A DNA stretch of 64,000 bases from Eledone cirrhosa (GCA_964016885.1 OZ024757.1:40796001-40860000), one strand, 5' to 3'; shown: positions 44,382-58,904, counted from the first letter of the stretch. A program made the numbers and translations. The notes: generated from the letters alone by a model not told the origin.

Positions 44382-44425
<44 letters not shown>

Positions 44426-44863
44426 CTTATCATATATGTAAGACTATGTTCCTTTCAAGTCTAAAGACAAATATATATAGTTAGTAATATATATACCCAT
44501 CTATCGTATAAGGCACAAAGTACTACTAGATATATATGAGGGCTTATCTGAGGCACAGGAGACAAATAATAGCGCTAGGTGTAATCGTCCCTATCCAGCG
44601 TATAATGGCGGCAGTTTTCATGTCTTTAGAAGTCTGTTAATGGCGCCTATAAAAGGTTTTAAGTCTAAGAAACAATATAGTCTTTCATATTGAAAGTCGT
44701 AATTGATTGGTTTGTATCTGTCTCTCGCGAAATATCGTCGGGGAAATCAGTTCAACTTTAATTTTCCATTAGCCACCTAGTACACACACAGGCACACACA
44801 CACACACACACACAGCCAAACATACGCACACACACACACACAGGCACACATACACACACACAA

Positions 44864-44958
<95 letters not shown>

Positions 44959-45004
44959 ATATATATATATATTTACATACATACATATACATACATACAT
45001 ACAT

Positions 45005-45129
<125 letters not shown>

Positions 45130-45309
45130 TGTATATGTATATACACTTCAATATCATTCTAATAAATATTGCCTGCACAGGTAATCAGACTGTGTATACA
45201 TGTTTTGAAGACAGCCTAAATATATGTATATAATATATATATATATTAATATATTATATATATGCATACATTTATATATAACACACACACACACATCTAT
45301 ATATAGGAT

Positions 45310-45382
45310 GGCCGCGTGGCCTAACGGATAAGGCGTCTGACTTCGAATCAGAAGATTCCGAGTTCGAGTCTCGTCGTGGTCC
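45310..45382 (+). tRNA. tRNA-Arg(TCG), possibly a pseudogene
   Basis: 73-nt cloverleaf: acceptor GGCCGCG/CGTGGTC (two G·U), D arm GCC/GGC, anticodon arm TCTGA-CTTCGAA-TCAGA and T arm CCGAG-TTCGAGT-CTCGT (one mismatch). The discriminator is an atypical C. Confidence 0.85.
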
Positions 45383-45383
45383 C

Positions 45384-45389
45384 TTTTTT
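45384..45389 (+). terminator. Pol III terminator (T6) after tRNA-Arg
   Basis: TTTTTT begins 2 nt after the discriminator. Confidence 0.7.
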
Positions 45390-45574
45390 CAAGGGCGGTG
45401 CCCCAGCTTGGCCTCAGCCTGATGGCTGGAACAGGTAAAAGAGTAAAATAGTAAAATATGTGTGTGTATTATATATATATATATGTAAAGGTTACAAAGA
45501 AATAACAGCAGCAGAATCGGTACAGTATATGGAAGGGATATATTAGGTTAACGCTTGGTACAGCAGGAAGAGGG

Positions 45575-45610
45575 TCTTGACGTTTCGGACGCTAGGCCTT
45601 CATCAGAAGA
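45575..45610 (-). ncRNA. Minimal hammerhead, family A (within element 45485-45662)
   Basis: TCTT-CTGATGA-A-GGCC-TAGC-GTCC-GAAA-CG-TC-AAGA. Canonical GUC triplet with one stem II mismatch. Confidence 0.7.
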
Positions 45611-46247
45611 AAGAGTGAGAAATAAAAAGATCAAGGGGACGGGTAGGTTGGAATTGGAAAAAATATATACATATATACATATATAGCGAGGGTTTCTCAT
45701 ACTGGGAAGATAATTTATTTCATCTAACCTGAGAGAATAAAATGTAAGTTGATCACGGTGGGATGTGAAATCAGAATCTAAAGAGGTGGATCAAATACTG
45801 CAAGGTATATTATCCGATCCTACCAGGACGCCGCTAATTCATAAATCTCTGACATTCAAATTAATACAACAATGAAAAGTAGAATTTGTTTCAACCCCGC
45901 CGCTGTCATTGCCACTTCTCATATATATTCCAGGTTTAACTTCTACCAATAAATCACTTAAGTTCCCACATGTAGAGAAGATGTAAGAGAATTGATAGAT
46001 GAAAGATGTGATCGATATTATTAAGAAGTCATGACAACCACCTCCCACTCACCCCACCCGCTTTGGCTCATGATATATACCCGGTTCACCCTGTCCTCCT
46101 TTAAATCGTTTTGAAAATTAGGAAAATATGTGCGCGTTGTATACACACATAGTAATTTCCCACAAATATACGCACATGAATAATGAGGATAATATATATA
46201 TATATATGTGTGTGTTTATATATTTATGTGTGTATGCATGTATATAT

Positions 46248-46432
46248 ATAATTGTTTCTACGTTTGGCACAAGGCCAGCAATTATCCCAGTGTATTACTG
46301 GTACTTTATTTTATCGACCCCGTAAGGATGAAAGGCAAAGTTAACCTGGGCGGGATTTGAACTCAGTCCGTAAAGGGACGTAACTGTGCTGGAAAGTACG
46401 GCGTCCGACCCTCTACCGATACTGCCAATCCA
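46248..46432 (-). mobile_element. SINE family 1, near full length
   Basis: Reverse-complement homologue of 23800-23988. Confidence 0.8.
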
Positions 46433-46529
46433 ACATATATATAGATAGTTAGAGCTGGGGTGAGGCAACATGAAAGCCACACATGACTGACAAATGGATA
46501 GAGAAGGAAGAATATATTATATATATTTC

Positions 46530-46594
<65 letters not shown>

Positions 46595-46904
46595 ATCTAT
46601 GTATATATGTATGTATATATATATATATATATATCATGACATAACATATTTCAATATATATACGGACATATATACATATATATATCAAGCAAGATACATA
46701 CACAGACATACACAAGTATACATACACACATGAAAGTATCTGTGTGTTTATGTGTTTGTGTATGTGAGTATGTATGTGTGTGAGTGTGTGTATATATGTC
46801 GCTGTGTGTGTGTGAATATGTGTGTCTGTGTGTGTGTGATTGATTATTACAAGAATCATAATTTGTATTCGACAATAAAATATTATTATTGTTATTATTA
46901 TTAA

Positions 46905-47031
46905 TATCATCACCATCACCATCATCATCATAAATATCATCATCATCATCATCATCATCATAAATATCATCATCATCATCATCATCATCATCATAAATAT
47001 CATCATCATCATCATCATCATTATCATAAAT

Positions 47032-47063
<32 letters not shown>

Positions 47064-47187
47064 AAATATCATCATCATCATCATCATCATCATAAATATC
47101 ATCATCACCATCACCATCATCATCATAAATATCATCATCACCATCACCATCATCATCATAAATATCATCATCATCATCATCATCCTC
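46905..47187. repeat. (ATC)n microsatellite with periodic ATAAAT interruptions
   Basis: Visible directly; higher-order period of about 30 bp. Confidence 0.9.
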
Positions 47188-47464
47188 ATTGCCTTTGAAA
47201 TCGGAAGAAGTCCGACGTTTGATATTATCTGGCAATGTATCGGAAATTCTTTGAAGTGGATCCTACACCATTCCAAAGAACAAAAGTAAAATTATTTAGG
47301 ATATCTGACCCCTTTAGATACCTCAAAGTCAGTTTGAACATTCCTTACGGATTTAAATTGATTTACTCGCAGAGTATAGGGATCTCTGTCGGTTACGACG
47401 ACGAATGTGGTAGATGTGCGATCAGCTGAACACTGCGTTTAATGTAAAAAAGGTAAAATTTCTT

Positions 47465-47658
<194 letters not shown>

Positions 47659-47750
47659 CACATCTATATTTACATGTATATATACATACATATATATATA
47701 TGCATATATATATGTATGTATATATATATACATATATATATATACATACT

Positions 47751-47810
<60 letters not shown>

Positions 47811-47845
47811 TATATTATATGTATATATATATATATATACATACT

Positions 47846-47911
<66 letters not shown>

Positions 47912-48646
47912 CATATATATATATATCATATTCAATAGCCTAATTGCAACCGCCCTCTTGAATAGCTTTAATTAGTAATACATACCTTAGTACTCTATCA
48001 CAAACTATTAATTATTCTCAATGGTATGATAGCGTAGGCTTCAGGAGACAAACCTTGCCTTACGTTTTCTTCTATTTTATATTCCTACATTGTTTTACTA
48101 ATTTCTGCTTCATCTTTGCTGTTTAATTTTGTTCTCTCTTTGCTTTTGTTCAGATAATATTTTATCATTTATGTGATACGTTATATTTCATCAATATCTT
48201 ATATTATATTATATTTTATAACCATTTTATATTATATTATATTTTATAAGCATATATTATATTATATTTTATCAGCATATAATATTTTATATTTTATCAG
48301 CACCTCTGTTCGGATTAAGCCGGCGTGGATCAAAGTTACATTAACCATCATAATTCCATGTTATTTTAAAGAAATATCTCAGATTATATTATCTCTTTTC
48401 TTTATTTCTTGATCTTAGTGAGAGATAATCCTATGCAGATTTAGTTGTGTTATTTAGCAGGTCAAGTGGGGAAGAAAAAACATCGAATGACAGATTAGTT
48501 TCGTTTGAGCGGTAGTATGGATAATGGATAAGATTGTCACTAAAGTGCCGTTATTCTTTACATGTGTCTACGATTTCGTCTAAGATATCTGATGACACAC
48601 ACAAACACACACAGACACACAAATACACAGAGACACACACACATAA

Positions 48647-48683
<37 letters not shown>

Positions 48684-48686
<3 letters not shown>

Positions 48687-48763
48687 ATGTTAAAACATTT
48701 ATACTCTGCTATGCATTGAGTACCTTACTTATTGGGGTTACCCTCCGATTCAACCCGGAATAA

Positions 48764-48811
<48 letters not shown>

Positions 48812-48890
48812 TTATTCCGGGTTGAATCGGAGGTAACCCCAATAAGTAAGGTACTCAATGCATAGCAGAGTATAAATGTTTTAACATACA
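48684..48890. repeat. Fold-back inverted repeat (~82-bp arms) centred on (TA)n
   Basis: TGTATGTTAAAACATTTATACTCTGC...CGGAATAACTT-(AT)n-AAGTTATTCCG...TTTTAACATACA with a 1-nt indel. Confidence 0.92.
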
Positions 48891-49125
48891 TATTAATGAA
48901 TCTGACCTGCAGGCTGAGCTCTTGTATATACATATGATAACAAAAAGTACGATTTTTTTATGTCTTCATTACTTTTAACGTTCGATCTGTATCGATCTAG
49001 CCCGACTCTGGAATCAAAATCTCGTCGGACCTCTGTTGTGGAAATAACAGAATAAACCAGTTGAACCTTAGACGTCGGGGCCCTGACTCTTTTGATATTA
49101 CCCACTCTACTGTATATGTGTGTGT

Positions 49126-49610
49126 GGATGGGTGCTACACGAGAATGTTGAGGATGGGTGCTACACGAGAATGTTGAGGATGGGTGCTACACGAGAATGT
49201 TGAGGATGGGTGCTACACGAGAATGTTGAGGATGGGTGCTACACGAGAATGTTGAGGATGGGTGCTACACGAGAATGTTGAGGATGGCTCTGAACATTGA
49301 TCAGTATACACTGAGGATGAAAAACTCAGAGCTGTAGGGGAGCCTCCCAAAAGTCAGCTCGAGTGTGACACAGAGGAGACTGAGTTTAGCTGGACATGTT
49401 CACCAACATCCTGAGATGACACTGCAATCAGTGCTAATGTGGGAGCCGCTGCATGAACACACTGGAAGAGGAAGACCGAAGTTAACATATGTTGATGCCC
49501 TATGTTGATGCCCTGGTGTCTTGGAGGTGCAGGACATGGCAGCGATAATGAGGGACAGAGACCACTGGAGAGAACTCGCCGATGGATCTCGGAAATTTTA
49601 CTCGCGATGA
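49126..49610 (+). mobile_element. RTE-clade LINE 3' fragment with a 6 x 26-bp tandem at its 5' end
   Basis: Translates DGCYTRMLRMALN...NSEL*GSLPKVS...RRLSLAGH...LMWEPLHEHTGRGRPKLTYVDAL. GGATGGGTGCTACACGAGAATGTTGA is repeated six times at 49126-49281. Confidence 0.85.
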
Positions 49611-49701
49611 AATACCAATGATGGTTGGAAAATCACTGACGAAGGACTATTTTTATCATATGTAACCCATGTGCAAACCACGCAGTATTCTTCTTTCTTC
49701 T

Positions 49702-49756
<55 letters not shown>

Positions 49757-50028
49757 TGTGTATGTGTGTCTGTGAAGTGTCACGTACTACTATATTCTGT
49801 AAGATGTTAGTATAATTCTAGAGGTTTTAGATATAAGATTCACCGCTCTCCTCTTATCATTACCAAGAGGCTACTTATTGTTGAGGCGACTTTATAATTC
49901 GTTTTACTTTTATTTCTTTTCAAAAACCACATTATGGTTATCAATAATCCGGATTTGTTTTATGCATACGTAAATATATATCTATATATATATCTATATA
50001 TATATATATATGAATATATATATACATT

Positions 50029-50071
<43 letters not shown>

Positions 50072-50121
50072 CCCTCTCTTTCTAAATATATATATATTTA
50101 TATATATATAGAAATATATGT

Positions 50122-50204
<83 letters not shown>

Positions 50205-50379
50205 CATATACATATATATATATGCATATACATATATGTAAATATATAAATGTATATATATGTATATATGCATATATATACATATATATAAGTATATATA
50301 TATTCGTGTGTGTCTGTATATATATATATGTATATATACACTCACAGATACACATACACACATATATATATATATATAA

Positions 50380-50413
<34 letters not shown>

Positions 50414-50662
50414 TCTCACACACATATTTATATATATATATATATATGTATGCATATACATATATATATATGCATATACATATATGTAAATATATAAATA
50501 TATATATATATGTATATATGCATATATATACATATATATAAGTATATATATATTCGTGTGTGTCTGTATATATATATATATATATATATATACACTCACA
50601 GATACACATACACACACATATATATATATATATATATAAGTATATATATATATATATACACT

Positions 50663-50694
<32 letters not shown>

Positions 50695-50698
50695 CACT

Positions 50699-50743
<45 letters not shown>

Positions 50744-50744
50744 T

Positions 50745-50784
<40 letters not shown>

Positions 50785-51067
50785 CGTATATACACACACA
50801 TATATATACTCTCGATATCTTTTCCCGTTAATATTATCTTATGTTGAAGTTGTAACATCGATAAGGAGACGTTTCTATTTCTAACCAGATTCCACTTGTT
50901 ATATTTTTATATATATTAATCTAGTCTTCTTTTTTTTCTCTGTCCAACTATTTCTTGGCCATATATCTTAATCTCAGCTGAACATTTCATACAGCGGAAT
51001 TTGTTTCTTTCTTCAATTACCGATTCCTTGCTCTGGTCTCCAACATTTAACCATTTCTCTCTCTCTC

Positions 51068-51126
<59 letters not shown>

Positions 51127-51243
51127 GAATATATTTTGAAAGAATATATTTTGAACGGAGTCTCTAACTCTAATATATATATATGTGTGTGTGTGTGTAT
51201 ATATATATGCGTGTGTATATATGTATATGTGTATATATATGTA

Positions 51244-51345
<102 letters not shown>

Positions 51346-51463
51346 CTTATACATATATATTATATAATATATATGTATATATATATATATACTTATACAT
51401 ATATATTATATAATATATATATATAGAGAGAGAGAGAAAGACAGCGATGTATATTCATACACA

Positions 51464-51564
<101 letters not shown>

Positions 51565-51691
51565 TTCCCTGTCAAAATTGACACTTCGATTAGGAAGCTG
51601 ACTTAGCCGTACAATTTCTAACAGTAATATATAGGGTATTTGTCTTAAGTTCGTAGGGATTTGGCATATCACAACATATAAGGCTTTCTTG

Positions 51692-51738
<47 letters not shown>

Positions 51739-51901
51739 AAAAAAATTGTGGACGACAGAAAACTTACTATACACATCACGTTGTCTACGGGATAAAATAA
51801 TTTTTAAAAAAGCAGTTTATATTTATATATATATATATATATATACTATATATATACATATATATACATATATATATATATTTATTAAAATAACAGATTA
51901 A

Positions 51902-51952
51902 AGTTTAAGCTAAGAATCGCTGCTTTCACCCTTAACGGGATCTTCTGAAACT
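51902..51952 (-). ncRNA. Hammerhead-like motif, family C (U4>A core)
   Basis: Minus strand reads AGTTT-CAGAAGA-T-CCC-GTTAA-GGG-T-GAAA-GC-AGCGATTCTTA-GC-TT-AAACT, with a perfect 5-bp stem I. Confidence 0.5.
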
Positions 51953-52307
51953 AAAAAGAAAATCAATCTGTGAACGCAGACAATATATATATATATATAT
52001 ATATATAAATTGAAACAAAATGAAAACGAAATTTCATTTCTCACTCTTAGTATGGCACTTACTTAAATGTAAGTATGCATGTATACGTACATACATATAT
52101 GTATACAGACGTACAGTAGCATGCACATATATATATATATATACATATATACATACATATGCATAGAGGTACACATACATATATGCACGTATCAGTTTAG
52201 CGGCGCTAACGTCGCTTTGTTCGTTTGTAAACAAACTGAACAGCCTGAATTTATGCCATACGGTGTTAAGGCAACCACGTCACCTTTTTGTTCAACACTG
52301 ACACAGG

Positions 52308-52352
52308 AACGATGTACTAGTTTCAAGCTTGTTAGCTATCATCAGCACCGTT
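52308..52352 (-). ncRNA. Minimal hammerhead of the 466-bp unit, copy 1
   Basis: Reverse complement of 53220-53264. Confidence 0.82.
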
Positions 52353-52773
52353 TACCCATCTGCCAGATAGTTGAACGTTCGAAAGTATATACTTTCCTTA
52401 TGAAAATTAACGGCTGAGCAGCCTAATTTGCATATTGAGTGAGTAAAATCGGTCAGGCATACCGAAAACGATAAATTGAAACAAAATGAAAACGAAATTT
52501 CATTTCTCACTCTTAGTATGGCACTTACTTAAATGTAAGTATGCATGTATACGTACATACATATATGTATACAGACGTACAGTAGCATGCACATATATAT
52601 ATATATATACATATATACATACATATGCATAGAGGTACACATACATATATGCACGTATCAGTTTAGCGGCGCTAACGTCGCTTTGTTCGTTTGTAAACAA
52701 ACTGAACAGCCTGAATTTATGCCATACGGTGTTAAGGCAACCACGTCACCTTTTTGTTCAACACTGACACAGG

Positions 52774-52818
52774 AACGATGTACTAGTTTCAAGCTTGTTA
52801 GCTATCATCAGCACCGTT
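52774..52818 (-). ncRNA. Minimal hammerhead of the 466-bp unit, copy 2
   Basis: Lies 466 bp from copy 1 and is identical. Confidence 0.82.
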
Positions 52819-53219
52819 TACCCATCTGCCAGATAGTTGAACGTTCGAAAGTATATACTTTCCTTATGAAAATTAACGGCTGAGCAGCCTAATTTGCATA
52901 TTGAGTGAGTAAAATCGGTCAGGCATACCGAAAACGATAAATTGAAACAAAATGAAAACGAAATTTCATTTCTCACTCTTAGTATGGCACTTACTTAAAT
53001 GTAAGTATGCATGTATACGTACATACATATATGTACATACATATATGTATACAGACTAAGAGTGAGAAATGAAATTTCGTTTTCATTTTGTTTCAATTTA
53101 TCGTTTTCGGTATGCCTGACCGATTTTACTCACTCAATATGCAAATTAGGCTGCTCAGCCGTTAATTTTCATAAGGAAAGTATATACTTTCGAACGTTCA
53201 ACTATCTGGCAGATGGGTA

Positions 53220-53264
53220 AACGGTGCTGATGATAGCTAACAAGCTTGAAACTAGTACATCGTT
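53220..53264 (+). ncRNA. Minimal hammerhead of the 466-bp unit, copy 3
   Basis: AACGGTG-CTGATGA-T-AGCT-AACA-AGCT-T-GAAA-CTAG-TA-CATCGTT. Stem I is 7 bp (one G·U) and stem III is the palindrome ACTAGT. Cleavage is predicted after 53257. Confidence 0.85.
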
Positions 53265-53685
53265 CCTGTGTCAGTGTTGAACAAAAAGGTGACGTGGTTG
53301 CCTTAACACCGTATGGCATAAATTCAGGCTGTTCAGTTTGTTTACAAACGAACAAAGCGACGTTAGCGCCGCTAAACTGATACGTGCATATATGTATGTG
53401 TACCTCTATGCATATGTATGTATATATGTATATATATATATATATGTGCATGCTACTGTACGTCTGTATACATATATGTATGTACGTATACATGCATACT
53501 TACATTTAAGTAAGTGCCATACTAAGAGTGAGAAATGAAATTTCGTTTTCATTTTGTTTCAATTTATCGTTTTCGGTATGCCTGACCGATTTTACTCACT
53601 CAATATGCAAATTAGGCTGCTCAGCCGTTAATTTTCATAAGGAAAGTATATACTTTCGAACGTTCAACTATCTGGCAGATGGGTA

Positions 53686-53730
53686 AACGGTGCTGATGAT
53701 AGCTAACAAGCTTGAAACTAGTACATCGTT
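53686..53730 (+). ncRNA. Minimal hammerhead of the 466-bp unit, copy 4
   Basis: Identical to copy 3; cleavage is predicted after 53723. Confidence 0.85.
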
Positions 53731-53979
53731 CCTGTGTCAGTGTTGAACAAAAAGGTGACGTGGTTGCCTTAACACCGTATGGCATAAATTCAGGCTGTTC
53801 AGTTTGTTTACAAACGAACAAAGCGACGTTAGCGCCGCTAAACTGATACGTGCATATATGTATGTGTACCTCTATGCATATGTATGTATATATGTATATA
53901 TATATATATATGTGCATGCTACTGTACGTCTGTATACATATATGTATGTACGTATACATGCATACTTACATATATATAT

Positions 53980-54029
<50 letters not shown>

Positions 54030-54037
54030 ATATATAT

Positions 54038-54093
<56 letters not shown>

Positions 54094-54101
54094 ATATATA
54101 T

Positions 54102-54211
<110 letters not shown>

Positions 54212-54849
54212 GCTAAGACAATGTAACCAGAATATAAGTCGTGGAATGTATGCGGGAAACTTCTCAAGTTCAATATATAACATATTTCATATTCTATTCC
54301 TCTTCATTTGTGTCTGTTTTAAATATTAATCATTTCTCACAAGAATCTAAGTTCTCTTACGTTCTATTTCTCTTATTCATCATTAATATTATTATCATCA
54401 TCATCATCATTATTATTATTATTATTATTATAATGCACTGGGTAATTGCTGGCCTTGTGCCAAAAGTAGAAACAATTATTATTATTACTATTATTATTAA
54501 CATCATCATCATCATCATCATGTTTTTCTTTTACTTTCATATATGATTATTAATATTTTATATTTTCTTCTACTTTGCTTGTAAGGCTGCTGTTATGTCT
54601 AGTTCATTAATTCATAAGTATTTATGTCTGTGCTTTGCTAAATACTTTTAACTCTTTTCTTTATTTAATATGTGGTTAATGTTATATTAATTAAATATCA
54701 TTTGTTCAGAGTTGCTTCGGTTCATTTCTCCAAACCAAACTGTACGTAGAATTCATTCTCTCTAAGTCTGTGTAATGTTACTAAATACTAAACAGTTTGT
54801 TCTGCTCAGAAATATCGGGTACATCAAATATTTCTGTATCATCGTGATC

Positions 54850-54977
<128 letters not shown>

Positions 54978-55005
54978 ATATATATGTATTTATATATATA
55001 TATAA

Positions 55006-55084
<79 letters not shown>

Positions 55085-55159
55085 GTATATATATGTATAT
55101 ATATATATATATACATATATAAATGTGTATATATATATATAAATGTATATATAAATATG

Positions 55160-55196
<37 letters not shown>

Positions 55197-55857
55197 ATAT
55201 ATATATGTGTGTGTGTGTGTATGTATATATATATATGTATATATATATATGTATATAAATATATATATATATAAAGAGAGAGAGGAGGAATGAGGAAAAT
55301 GCAAAGTTGTAGATATGAAAGAGCTCTTTCTTAATATATTTCAATGATAGTCGATTGCGTGATATCATCAGACCGCAGCATTGGGTAAAACGTAACGTGT
55401 TCGTGGCAATTATGAGTGGAAGGGAGCGGACTACAAAAGTTTTTGCATAAACATACAATGTTTGTTAGAACATATTGTACCCCTGGTGAAGCCCATTTGC
55501 TTTCAAGGGCTGAATGCTCCAGATTTCGCCCAGAGTGAAATAGAACGTGAGAAAAATATATAGAGGAAGAAACGACCCCAATAGCAGACTGATACTTTTT
55601 TAATTGACCTTGTATGTATATATATTTGTACGCCTACATATGTATCTATGAGACAGTCTATCGCCTTCTATAAGTGGTATATTCTTGCCAGTAATGGAAT
55701 AAAACGAAATAGCGATATTATCACGATTGGGCCACCATACTTGGTCTGAAATGATGGCCTTTTATTCCGTGCTGTTAGTAATGGCCTAATGTCTAATGAA
55801 ATATTTAATCAATCTTATAAAAAGCCACTCCACACACTAATATGTAAACACTCTGAA

Positions 55858-55888
<31 letters not shown>

Positions 55889-55919
55889 CAAACACACATA
55901 TATGTATGTGTGTATATAT

Positions 55920-55950
<31 letters not shown>

Positions 55951-56016
55951 CGTATATATATGTATATATATATATATGTGTGTGTGTGTTTCTATACATA
56001 CACATATCAGAATATT

Positions 56017-56119
<103 letters not shown>

Positions 56120-56352
56120 ATTTCTAGAAATTAAATATATATCTATACACAAATATATATGTATACACGTACGTATGTATATTTTCATGTGTGTATGTGT
56201 GTGTGCGAATGAACCATATCCTTAATTGCTTTAATGCCTTAATTACTTTATATCTGACATCGTTCAGATCGAATAAATAAGATTTTATCGCGATGGTTTC
56301 ATTGCCACAACTGTACATCGTGGCTTCCTATCGAAATTAATAATCACCAACG

Positions 56353-56640
56353 CAATCATAAATATTTCTTGCTCTTGCAAGAGAAGGCTCCTGGCTTAGT
56401 GGTTAAAGTATTCGATTTGCAATCGTGAGGCTGCGAATTCAATTCCTGGACTGTACAATCATAAATATTTCCTGCTCTTGCTGAAGACGACTCCTAGCTT
56501 AGTGGTTACAGTATTCGATTTACATTCGTGCGGTTGGGAGTTCAAATCTTTGACTGTACGATGTGTTGTGTCCTTGAGCAAGATGTACCTCACTGTTGTG
56601 CTTACCTCAAGGAGACACAGGGGTAGATTCTGAACAAAGT
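56353..56640 (+). mobile_element. CORE-type SINE with a tandemly duplicated head (103-bp period)
   Basis: T(G/A)GCTTAGTGGTTA A box and (A/G)TTCAA B box occur twice, followed by TGTGTCCTTGAGCAAGA. Confidence 0.7.
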
Positions 56641-57209
56641 TGGTTGGATAACATTCATGAGTGTGGCTGGTCTCTCTTAGGGATCCAGCCGGATCAGTTG
56701 GAGACGGTTGCCTATGACAGGACACGCTGGGGGGGAGTGTTTGATAACTCTGTCACCATGACACTCTCAGGAAAAAGTGACCAAAGAAGAAGAATATAAA
56801 AAAGATATATATTTAGTAGCGATTGCATATCATCATTGAAGCACGTGTTAGAGTCACTAATATATGATAGATATTACATCGAATTTTAACAAATCTTATA
56901 TAAATTATTCCATGGGATACACCTTGGAACATCTGAACCAGACCTTGTGGTGTACATTATATCATGTCGTCTGGATATTTATGTACACACCTTCATTGAC
57001 CACGTCAAGCAAAACGAACAGGTAAGCTGTCACTTCCATTTTCGTTAGGTATATCTACTTTAAGTAAACGCGTATTAACGTACATACAAAACGACTGCAT
57101 ATAAATTTACAATTTCGTTTGGTAAATTACTAACTTTTTGTTAACTTCGGTGGGGAGATTTTTTTAAAGATTCTTGGTTTACTTTCCTATAGAACTTTCT
57201 CGCATTCAT

Positions 57210-57255
<46 letters not shown>

Positions 57256-57617
57256 ATATATATACAAGACATAATTGCAAACTTCCATGGCTTCGTGTAA
57301 TATTAAATTTTCTTAGTTGTGTGAGGTAAATTTACTTAGTTGTAGAATTGTACATTGTATATATAAAGTCCAATTCAAAAGATATATATTAGAATATTTA
57401 ATATAACATACGGTTATATTGTAAGTAGTTAAGATATGTTGATATTGCTCACACAGCCTCTTAAACAAACATGTCACTCTGTACATACGTACATATACAT
57501 ACATACATATACATATATATATATGCGTGTGTGTGTGTGTATTTATTTATTTATACACAACAGACAGACAAAACCACACACACAAACGCACACACATATA
57601 TATATATTTCTGAATGC

Positions 57618-57659
<42 letters not shown>

Positions 57660-57694
57660 GCATATATATGTATATATATATTCATACGTGTGCG

Positions 57695-57752
<58 letters not shown>

Positions 57753-58352
57753 TACATATAAGTGTCAGTGTGTATGTAGTGTGTGCAGTTAGAAGCAGGT
57801 AAGTGTGTGATCTGGTGGAGCACTAGAAACGCCATCTTACGACAGTTAGTTTAATAACGCCATATAAAGATCTCAAACCATTGAAATCTAGAAATTCACT
57901 GTCCAATAAAACGCCTGTTATTTACTTATGGTAAATAAACATCTTATCAACCTCATACAAGGACGAGTGTCAGCATGTGTGTGTGTTGGCCAGTGTGGGA
58001 ATGTGGAGCATGTATGTTTGTGTATGTTTGGGCATGAGTGTATTTGTGTGTGTGTTGTCGCTTATGTGTATATGTGTCTTTATGTGGCTGTTTGTGAATA
58101 TGTATATATGACTGCGACTCTATATGTATATATAGATACGTATCTGTGTGTCTGATTGTGTCAATGTGCTTGTGTCTGCGCATCTAAGTGTGTAGATGTC
58201 TGCGTTCTTAATGTGTGTATCTGTGTATATACATATGTGTATGCACACACACACATACACATATATATATATATATATATATTTCTATATATATATATAT
58301 ATGTATATGTATATATATATGTACATACATATATATATGTATATATCTAAAA

Positions 58353-58386
<34 letters not shown>

Positions 58387-58398
58387 GCACATGTTTAG

Positions 58399-58450
<52 letters not shown>

Positions 58451-58826
58451 TTGTGTATGAATATACATCTGAGGTTGTCTGTTTATATGCGTATATATGT
58501 ATCTATATGTGTGTTACTGTATGAATATATACTTCTGGTTGTCTGTATATATATATATGTATATATCTGTGTATATATGTCTATATATGTGTGTCTATAC
58601 GTGTTAGTGTGAATATCGGTCAGCAAGAATATTGTGGAATATACAAGAGAAATATTTGAAATTAAAACCAGGACAACCATCGAAGTTGTTAATATTCTAA
58701 CTTGAATGGAATCAGTTAAAGTAAACTTGAGACAATATTTTAGTCTCAACACGTAATCTCATTTAATTTTATTTCGCATATATATATATATGTGTGTGTG
58801 TTTGTGTGTGTGTGTGTGTGCGTGTG

Positions 58827-58887
<61 letters not shown>

Positions 58888-58904
58888 TTGTGTGCGTGTG
58901 TATG

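Larger units (their letters stand above)
52005..53969. repeat. 466-bp HHR-containing unit: tandem copies plus inverted tandem copies
   Basis: Unit starts at 52005, 52471 and 52937 (partial). Inverted copies start at 53055 and 53521. The arms ~52069-52983 and 53055-53969 appear identical. Confidence 0.95.

Noticed and set aside
52079-53959. Four identical 112-aa ORFs
   Set aside because: They are a by-product of the 466-bp repeat, start in low-complexity DNA and have no recognisable domain; the RNA motif explains the unit better.
55330-55375. Minus-strand CTGATGA-T...T-GAAA-TATA-TT
   Set aside because: Stem I is absent and stem II is poor; at best a decayed or truncated copy.
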